Positions 57,648 through 64,000 of a stretch of 64,000 bases of DNA are shown in pieces. The translations under genes and the position numbers were made by a program. The first letter of the stretch is position 1; every line of letters starts with the position of its first letter. Origin of the DNA: a virus (Duplodnaviria > Caudoviricetes); IMG/VR virus record IMGVR_UViG_3300045594_000287, positions 32,001 through 96,000 of that record. One strand, given 5' to 3'. A model generated the notes under the pieces. That model made no database searches. It had not been told where the DNA came from and saw only the letters and a list, made by a program, of their open reading frames with translations.

Positions 57648-58628
57648 ATGGATCTGATCATTAAACCTACGAAGGCTTGCAACTTCGCTTGCACCTTCTG
57701 CTCTTCTAATAAAATATCGAAGGCATTAACACTCGACCTGGAAAAGGTATTTCCGATCCTTCTCGAGAATGATGTCCAGACGATCATAGTAAACGGCGGC
57801 GATCCACTGATGGTCCCGCCGGCTTATTATGAGAGGCTTATCAATTTCCTGGACGAACATGACATGAAGACTACTATATCTTTCACGTCGAATCTCTGGG
57901 ATTTCTTTTTGCATCCAGACAAATGGGAAAAACTATTCAAGGATGAACGAATGGGAGTCTGCACTTCGTTCCAATATGGAGGAGAACGAAGGATAGCTGA
58001 TGGCCAAGAATTCACGGAAGAACTGTTCCGTAAAGTGTTCTCATTATTCGAAGACAGGATTGGATACAAGCTCTCATTCATCTCTGTCATCACCAGGAAC
58101 AACGAAGAACGAGTACTCGATACCGTAAGGCTTGCGAAAGAACTCGGAACGGAATGCAAGATAAACCCAGCTTTCAAATCCGGACGTAGCGAGGAGTTCT
58201 ACCCCCTATATAAGGCGTATGGAAGATACCTCGATATCATCAAAGCTGGTCTGGCAGAATATGAGTTCAACAGCAAGAACCTCAAGCAGCTGTTTGGGTC
58301 AAGCAACGTGTGCTGCCCATACAACAGGAATTGCTACAAGACCATCCGTTGCATAAGTCCAGACGGACTGATCCATAGCTGCGGGGCCTTCAATGACGAC
58401 CATTACATGAATGCCGCCCAGGGGAAGAAGACATACTGCCTAGGCCAATATGACGAGAAAGAGCTGGCAAGGGATTTCAAGATGCTGAAGCCGGCATGCC
58501 TTTCCTGCGACATGTTCCGGTTCTGCAACTCATGCTACAAGCAGATCGCTGACATCACGAGCAGCGGCACGACGGAAGAACACTGCACAGGCATGAAAGC
58601 ATTAGAGGGGAGACTGAAAAGCATATGA
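57648..58628 (+). CDS. Radical SAM/SPASM-domain enzyme 1
   Basis: LIIKPTKACNFACTFC (CxxxCxxC), GGDPL, and C-terminal C..C...ISPDG.IHSC...CLSC.....C..C. Confidence 0.9.
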   Translation: MDLIIKPTKACNFACTFCSSNKISKALTLDLEKVFPILLENDVQTIIVNGGDPLMVPPAYYERLINFLDEHDMKTTISFTSNLWDFFLHPDKWEKLFKDERMGVCTSFQYGGERRIADGQEFTEELFRKVFSLFEDRIGYKLSFISVITRNNEERVLDTVRLAKELGTECKINPAFKSGRSEEFYPLYKAYGRYLDIIKAGLAEYEFNSKNLKQLFGSSNVCCPYNRNCYKTIRCISPDGLIHSCGAFNDDHYMNAAQGKKTYCLGQYDEKELARDFKMLKPACLSCDMFRFCNSCYKQIADITSSGTTEEHCTGMKALEGRLKSI

Positions 58629-59452
58629 CACTGTACATAAAAGTCACGGAAAGCTGCAACTTGCATTGCCCCTTCTGCTACATCAAGCAGAAGCCTGGTA
58701 CGATAGATATGGATTCGATCGACAGGGCAATGCAAGAGCTGCAGCCAAATCGAATCATCTTCCATGGAGGAGAGCCGCTCCTATATCCAAAGATCATCCT
58801 GGAGACGATCAAGCAGTATCCGGATATAGAATACTCGGTCACGTCGAACCTCATGGTTCCATTGACCGATCAGGTACTCGAAGTGATCAAGAGATGCAAG
58901 ATAGCTACAAGCTATTCCGTGGACAGGTTCACCGAAGAGCAATTCGAAGATTTCAAGGCGGCCGTGAAGATGGTAAGTTCTTACCAGCCGATAACCCTGC
59001 TTGTCACGTTATCCGAAGCCCAGCTGCAGCAGCCTCCAAAAATCCTGTCTGATACAATTAAGGAACTGGAGATCAGTAATATAACATTTGAAAGGCTTTT
59101 TACAGAACGCAAAAGCAAAGAGCTGTACGAACAAACGGACGAATATCTGCTGGAAGCATTCAAGCATGTCGATACCGAGAAGAACAACATGTTGCATTGG
59201 ATGGAAGACGCGATAAGGAGCAACGGCACCGTATTCAACCACGATTGCGATGTGCAGACATTGAATCCAGATGGTTCTCTTTGCGGATGCCCGAACCTCT
59301 ATCGAACGAGAATCCACGATCAGCGGAAAAGGGAATGCTTGTATTGCGATATATATCAATATTGCAAAGAAGATTGCCCGAGCTTCGGTGGCATATGCTG
59401 TTTTCCTAAGAAGACCTTCCAATCAATATTGAAAGCGAGCGTGAATAAATAA
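58625..59452 (+). CDS. Radical SAM/SPASM-domain enzyme 2
   Basis: YIKVTESCNLHCPFCY, FHGGEPLL, TLNPDGSLCGCP, CLYCDIYQYCKEDC. Confidence 0.9.
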   Translation: MTLYIKVTESCNLHCPFCYIKQKPGTIDMDSIDRAMQELQPNRIIFHGGEPLLYPKIILETIKQYPDIEYSVTSNLMVPLTDQVLEVIKRCKIATSYSVDRFTEEQFEDFKAAVKMVSSYQPITLLVTLSEAQLQQPPKILSDTIKELEISNITFERLFTERKSKELYEQTDEYLLEAFKHVDTEKNNMLHWMEDAIRSNGTVFNHDCDVQTLNPDGSLCGCPNLYRTRIHDQRKRECLYCDIYQYCKEDCPSFGGICCFPKKTFQSILKASVNK

Positions 59453-60003
59453 TGAATACAGGCGACACTATAACCCCTGAGGGTTTAGCATATCATATCA
59501 ATGATAACTTGAAAGAGAAGATTCAGGACTATGTGCATTGGTGGCTCAGCGCGCCACCGAACTTCGATGACAACTGGGATAAGATCTTGCAGAATACAGA
59601 CAACCTGGCTGCGATAACCAGTGACATGATCGGGAAGAAAGGCGAATGGCTCAATGCAGCTTCATTCTATAAGAATATCCAGGCTACCGTTAACTCCTGG
59701 TCAACTGTCCGCCCATTCAGCGTGATCGGATATAAAGGCAACAACACGAATGGTGGAACGCCTACCTATACGAAAGTGTATAGTGAGATGCGCTATGCCA
59801 ACATAAAGGTAGCACATGAAGACATACTCGGCCGGGCCGGGCAGCCTTTCACAGCCGGCAGCATCGCTTCTGCAGAAACCATGAACCAGCTGATAAACAA
59901 CATCTTCAGGCAGTGGAAAGATCTTCCTATCTATACCTATGAATCAAAGAACTGTCACGGCAACTGCCATGATAACTGCCATGGATCTGGCGGCTGGCGT
60001 TGA
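59452..60003 (+). CDS. 183-aa virion-like protein with C-terminal (NCHx)3 tail; candidate radical SAM substrate
   Basis: Ends ESKNCHGNCHDNCHGSGGWR; its only cysteines are in that tail; TAATG coupling to radical SAM 2. Confidence 0.75.
   Translation: MNTGDTITPEGLAYHINDNLKEKIQDYVHWWLSAPPNFDDNWDKILQNTDNLAAITSDMIGKKGEWLNAASFYKNIQATVNSWSTVRPFSVIGYKGNNTNGGTPTYTKVYSEMRYANIKVAHEDILGRAGQPFTAGSIASAETMNQLINNIFRQWKDLPIYTYESKNCHGNCHDNCHGSGGWR
59950..59985 (+). repeat. Three tandem 12-bp repeats encoding NCH(G/D)
   Basis: AACTGTCACGGC AACTGCCATGAT AACTGCCATGGA. Confidence 0.9.
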
Positions 60004-60022
60004 TAATACCGGAGGGGAAACA

Positions 60023-60724
60023 ATGACAAAAGATTCCGTACTCACTGCTCTTCCATTCACCGAGGAGCAGCTCGATAAATACTTAGATGACATGGACAAG
60101 CATAGCTTCTATATTGAATTCAGTGATTGCAAACTGAAAGGCAACAAGCTGCTGAACTACATATACAACTCGGGAATGGAATGTGATCTGCATCTGACCG
60201 ATTTTACTTCGAACGATCTCGAGGGGTTCGTGAAAGACTATATCTGTACAGACAAGATCGTCAACATCCCTGCTGTGAATGATATCTGGTGTGATATCCT
60301 CCTGTATCGAATAGAGAAAGAGATATTCGATACGAATAAAGAAGAGAAAGAGTTTATAGAAAGATTTTATGAAGATCACGGTGACCTGATTGATGAGTTG
60401 TTTGATATATTGTTTAGCTTAAAAGCTCATCTTATTGCTGCCATCGTCAACGATGATGATGGAATGATTGAGGGGAAAGAATCACGCAGCATGAATGAGG
60501 TTGGCCTTAACTTCGTCACGCTCAGGAACTCTGGAGCATTCTGGAACGTCCTTACCAGGATAGACTCCCTTGGGCTTCCCGTGTACAACTACAAGGATTT
60601 CCAAGAATTCAGCTACGATGGAAGAAAGATACGCCACAATTTCCTTGATGAATTCGGACCATTCTCCATCTTAAGCATATACATCAAAGACTCTATAGAA
60701 AGGGCTGGAAGTGCCGATGAATAA
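60023..60724 (+). CDS. Hypothetical acidic protein in the radical SAM cluster (233 aa)
   Basis: GGAGGGG RBS before the ATG at 60023; no CxxxCxxC motif. Confidence 0.7.
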   Translation: MTKDSVLTALPFTEEQLDKYLDDMDKHSFYIEFSDCKLKGNKLLNYIYNSGMECDLHLTDFTSNDLEGFVKDYICTDKIVNIPAVNDIWCDILLYRIEKEIFDTNKEEKEFIERFYEDHGDLIDELFDILFSLKAHLIAAIVNDDDGMIEGKESRSMNEVGLNFVTLRNSGAFWNVLTRIDSLGLPVYNYKDFQEFSYDGRKIRHNFLDEFGPFSILSIYIKDSIERAGSADE

Positions 60725-61961
60725 AACTATTCCTATCAGACAGTACAAGATCGATTACGAGACCTTATCCAAAGAGTTCCCCGAGATCATCCCTGCAGAC
60801 ACAGAAGCTTCTATCGATGGCTTCATATCGAAAGGGAAACTTTACCTGAAATCCTCTGCGGATAAAAGTAACCCGCTTGTTATTGTCTCAAACGATCATA
60901 CATTTGACCATAAGTTCCTGGATAAGGAAGATACCATAACATTGAAGCTGGCTGATCCTGCCAAGTCATTCTCCACTATGCCAGAATATGGTTTCACGAT
61001 AGATGACAATATCAGCGTGCATCAGTTCACAGTAGATAAAGATATGGCTGATAAACTTATCAGCAATAATGGTTTCCATTATTGGGGGATGGACAAGCAG
61101 CTGCATGTCAATGCCCACACATACAAACCAGATACGGTCATCGAATATGCGAATCGTATCCTCGAGAAAGGATATTCTTATCCGATCGTCTGTTATGTCG
61201 ATACGACCATCCAGATAGAGAAGAATGATTATATCCCATACCTGCATGAGCTGCTGGAAATCGGAAACGTCCCTTTTCGGATAATGACCTACAAGGACAT
61301 CAGGTATCTGATGCATGTGACTCCAGAATTGTATACGATAATATACGGGATTCCCAGTAATAAACGCTATCAGAAAGAAGATTCCGTTGACATAAGCAGC
61401 TTCCTCTTGACCAATTACAGCGATAAGCGCGACGCAATCAAGAACTACCAGATAAAGGTAAGCAAGCCTGAGGACTCGGAATATGCATATATCGACAACC
61501 CGTTTGATCAATGCTTCTCTTACTATTTCATTTTTGATTCCGACCATGCTTTCCTCAACGATCGGCTCATAACCAACATCATCAACAGGAATGACCTCGA
61601 TTATGTATCCTGGGATGGAGATGAGTCTGGAGACATGGCAGCCGGCATGCATCTGAAGAATGCATTATATGGACGCACTCCGGTCAAGCAGATCCATCAT
61701 GCCCATCCAGGTGAGGCAAAGGACACGGATGCTTTCGAGGAATATTGCGTGGAACATCATATCGACCTTGGTCTGTTTGATATGTTGTCATTTGGATACT
61801 CGAACGATAAGATCGAATTTACGAAATCTATCCTGGATAAATTCAAGGCGGATCTCATCGTTATCGAGAATGACCAGTCAGCACTCTTGGGAGTAGAGAT
61901 GCTGCAAGACCTTCTCGACAAGGACGACCTTTGTATCAAATATCTGAAACTTAAGAAGTAG
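60717..61961 (+). CDS. Hypothetical acidic protein in the radical SAM cluster (~414 aa)
   Basis: Long ORF overlapping the upstream stop; no recognised motif; start at 60711 (GTG) or 60717 (ATG). Confidence 0.7.
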   Translation: MNKTIPIRQYKIDYETLSKEFPEIIPADTEASIDGFISKGKLYLKSSADKSNPLVIVSNDHTFDHKFLDKEDTITLKLADPAKSFSTMPEYGFTIDDNISVHQFTVDKDMADKLISNNGFHYWGMDKQLHVNAHTYKPDTVIEYANRILEKGYSYPIVCYVDTTIQIEKNDYIPYLHELLEIGNVPFRIMTYKDIRYLMHVTPELYTIIYGIPSNKRYQKEDSVDISSFLLTNYSDKRDAIKNYQIKVSKPEDSEYAYIDNPFDQCFSYYFIFDSDHAFLNDRLITNIINRNDLDYVSWDGDESGDMAAGMHLKNALYGRTPVKQIHHAHPGEAKDTDAFEEYCVEHHIDLGLFDMLSFGYSNDKIEFTKSILDKFKADLIVIENDQSALLGVEMLQDLLDKDDLCIKYLKLKK

Positions 61962-61972
61962 GGGGAACGAGC

Positions 61973-62923
61973 ATGATTGTATTCATTAAGCCGGTAGAGG
62001 CATGTAACCTCAAGTGCCTGCATTGCTACAATTGTGCCAACAGCAACTCCATCGACTTCAAAGCTCTTGGCTCTTTCCTTTCCTGTGTGAATAGGGAACA
62101 GCCGAAGAGCTTTTTTGTCTTACATGGCGGAGAGCCGCTGCTGGCAGACACGGATAAGACATTGGACTTGGTCAAGGGTTTCCCTGATAATCCATGGAGG
62201 ATAACCACCAACCTTACTATGCCGCTCACAAGGGGCAGGATGGAGATCATCTCCTTGATGGATGAGGTCAGGACGTCTTTCGATATCGGTATCCGCTTCG
62301 GAACACTCCACAATCTCATGATGTGGAAGCACAACATGCAGGAACTGGTAGCAAATGGCATAAACGTCTACGTGAATATATGCTTCACGAAACAGCTGTT
62401 AAAAAAAGATCCAAGGAAACTGATGGACATGATGCACCACCTTCATATAAAGACATTGAGCTTCGAACGGATCTGTAAGGCCGGCCGAGCGGCTGAAGGC
62501 GTGGACTTCATTCCATCATATGAAGATGTCGATGAATGGTTATGCAAGCTGTACCAGGTAGCAAAAGATTTTAAGGACGTGAAAGTAAGAGAGTTCGAAA
62601 ACATTGCCTTTGGCATCATGAAAGAGTATAATTACTACAGAGGCAAGGAGTGCTGCATCGCCACGCTTACCGTGAATGCCGATGGCACTATTGGCCGCTG
62701 CCCAAACGATGCGCAGGTATCAGTTTATGGAAACATGAAAGAACCGGAAAAGGCCATTGCGGCCAAGATGTGTGCCGGATGTCAAAGGGTAAAGACGGAA
62801 TGCCTTTCATGTAATTCATTCGAAGATTGCCAAGGGGGATGCCCCGCAGCAGAATGGCAGGGGAGCTCCTGCCCATACCCGAAAAAGCTATCCCAATTGA
62901 TCAAGGAGGATCTCGGCCGATGA
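61973..62923 (+). CDS. Radical SAM/SPASM-domain enzyme 3
   Basis: FIKPVEACNLKCLHCY, LHGGEPLL, CC..TLTVNADGTIGRCP, CLSC.....CQGGC.........CPYPK. Confidence 0.9.
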   Translation: MIVFIKPVEACNLKCLHCYNCANSNSIDFKALGSFLSCVNREQPKSFFVLHGGEPLLADTDKTLDLVKGFPDNPWRITTNLTMPLTRGRMEIISLMDEVRTSFDIGIRFGTLHNLMMWKHNMQELVANGINVYVNICFTKQLLKKDPRKLMDMMHHLHIKTLSFERICKAGRAAEGVDFIPSYEDVDEWLCKLYQVAKDFKDVKVREFENIAFGIMKEYNYYRGKECCIATLTVNADGTIGRCPNDAQVSVYGNMKEPEKAIAAKMCAGCQRVKTECLSCNSFEDCQGGCPAAEWQGSSCPYPKKLSQLIKEDLGR

Positions 62924-63777
62924 ACATACTACCTAGTTACGCTTGCAACTTTCATTGCCCATTCTGTGCGATTCACCAGCAGGATTGCGGGCAGCTGCTC
63001 AATCTTGACTATGCCAAGCAGCAGCTGTCTTCGATTCCCGGCATAAGGCAGATAGACATCCTCGGAGGGGAACCATCGCTATTACCAGATGAATACTTAT
63101 CAGAGCTGATTGACATATGCACATCAAGACTTAATGGCAAGCTGCCAGGCATGTATACCAATCTCAGTCGTGTATCTCCATTGATCGACAGGGTCAAGCT
63201 CACTGTAAGTTTCGATCCTGGGATGAGAGAAGCAAGGAACAGCGTTATCCAGAACATGCTCATGTTGGATAATGAATTCGATATCAACACGATTGTCAGT
63301 TCAAAGCTCGTAGCTCTGGGTGCCGGCCATATAGAGAAGATGCTATCGAGATTCCGTATGGCAAAGCGAATATGCTTGAGCTCTTTCACGCATTTTCCAG
63401 GCATGCCAGATTATACCCCAGCTCCTGAGGATATGCTGAAATTCATGAAAGATATCCTGTCATTGGATGAGCCACATCGTATCCACTTCTCTCCTATATC
63501 ATCTATAAGAGAAGGATCACGAAAAAGCTATGCAGCAGAGGAATCTGCAGAGATGCTGCCAAGTGGCAAGTATCGATATGCACTTCGAGACGTCACGAGC
63601 GCAAAAGAGTTCGAGACATTTGACGCCGTCAAGAAATACCGATACAACAATGAATCTTATCCTGGCGAATGCAATAGCTGCAGATACAGAGGACAATGCC
63701 TGAATAAATACCGGACAGAAGCTGGATGCTATTGGGACAAGAAGATCATGGAGACAATAGAGGAGAGGCTATCATGA
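62920..63777 (+). CDS. Radical SAM enzyme 4 (reduced SPASM region)
   Basis: AAGGAGG RBS and ATGA overlap at 62920; ILPSYACNFHCPFC, ILGGEPS, C-terminal CNSCRYRGQC...C. Confidence 0.88.
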   Translation: MNILPSYACNFHCPFCAIHQQDCGQLLNLDYAKQQLSSIPGIRQIDILGGEPSLLPDEYLSELIDICTSRLNGKLPGMYTNLSRVSPLIDRVKLTVSFDPGMREARNSVIQNMLMLDNEFDINTIVSSKLVALGAGHIEKMLSRFRMAKRICLSSFTHFPGMPDYTPAPEDMLKFMKDILSLDEPHRIHFSPISSIREGSRKSYAAEESAEMLPSGKYRYALRDVTSAKEFETFDAVKKYRYNNESYPGECNSCRYRGQCLNKYRTEAGCYWDKKIMETIEERLS

Positions 63778-64000
63778 ACATATACGCAAGCTATGCCTGC
63801 AATGCAAATTGTGCATTCTGCTCACTGCATGACCGCCCGGGTAAACGGATTGCCCTGGATTGGCTAGAGCAGCAACTGGAAAAGCACGAAGACCTATGCG
63901 AGGATATCAACATCCTGGGCGGGGAACCATCCGTACTGCCACTTGATTATCAGGAGCGCCTGGTCGACATCTGCACGAAGGCGGCAGGAGAGAAGCCGTA
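63774..64000 (+). CDS. Radical SAM enzyme 5 (3'-truncated; absent from the ORF track)
   Basis: AGGAGAGG RBS and ATGA overlap. Manual translation gives MNIYASYACNANCAFCSLHDRPGKRIALDWLEQQLEKHEDLCEDINILGGEPSVLP... Confidence 0.85.
   Translation, partial: MNIYASYACNANCAFCSLHDRPGKRIALDWLEQQLEKHEDLCEDINILGGEPSVLPLDYQERLVDICTKAAGEKP

Noticed and set aside
62827-62919. N-terminal extension of radical SAM 4 given by the ORF track (similarly 59939 and 53292 starts)
   Set aside because: Strong RBSs and overlap geometry support the later starts at 62920, 60023 and 53355.
47-63404. Many minus-strand and nested ORFs in the track (e.g. 47..805, 6039..6713, 21809..22537, 60966..61652)
   Set aside because: They lie antisense to or inside long, coherent + strand genes and show no recognisable motifs, so they are treated as shadow ORFs.
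1-64000. Stop-codon reassignment as seen in some gut phages
   Set aside because: Genes are long and tightly packed in the standard code, and TAG (33309, 61961), TGA and TAA all end genes right before the next start.
57648-64000. Anaerobic sulfatase maturase, PqqE, or QueE/NrdG-type housekeeping radical SAMs
   Set aside because: No sulfatase, pqq, que or nrdD genes are present in the window. Five short paralogs around a Cys/His-tailed ORF do not fit those single-enzyme contexts.

Overview
All 64 kb read as one + strand, densely packed late (virion morphogenesis) region of a large contractile-tailed phage or phage-plasmid. Shine-Dalgarno style suggests a Bacillota host, which is an inference. 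The order is: tail sheath C-terminus, tail tube and two tube-fold paralogs, two tail chaperones, a tape-measure candidate, a 2883-aa giant protein, a 2755-aa baseplate hub-like protein, spike, GH73-like muramidase, gp25-like and baseplate J-like wedge genes, further baseplate proteins, several tail fibres/tailspikes, a holin-like gene and more fibre genes. Two items stand out. (1) The last fibre gene runs straight into a translationally coupled cluster of at least five radical SAM genes, one missed by the ORF track. They surround a 183-aa virion-like protein ending in NCHG-NCHD-NCHG-SGGWR, a candidate phage RiPP-like system for modifying a structural protein. (2) The 2883-aa protein carries a complete DEDDh exonuclease motif set plus motifs resembling both barrels of a two-barrel RNA polymerase, a candidate virion-packaged RNAP-exonuclease fusion. 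A 3-copy palindrome, a shared GTAAT promoter-like motif and a possible fibre docking code are also noted. All functional calls come from motif recognition by eye; no database search was run.
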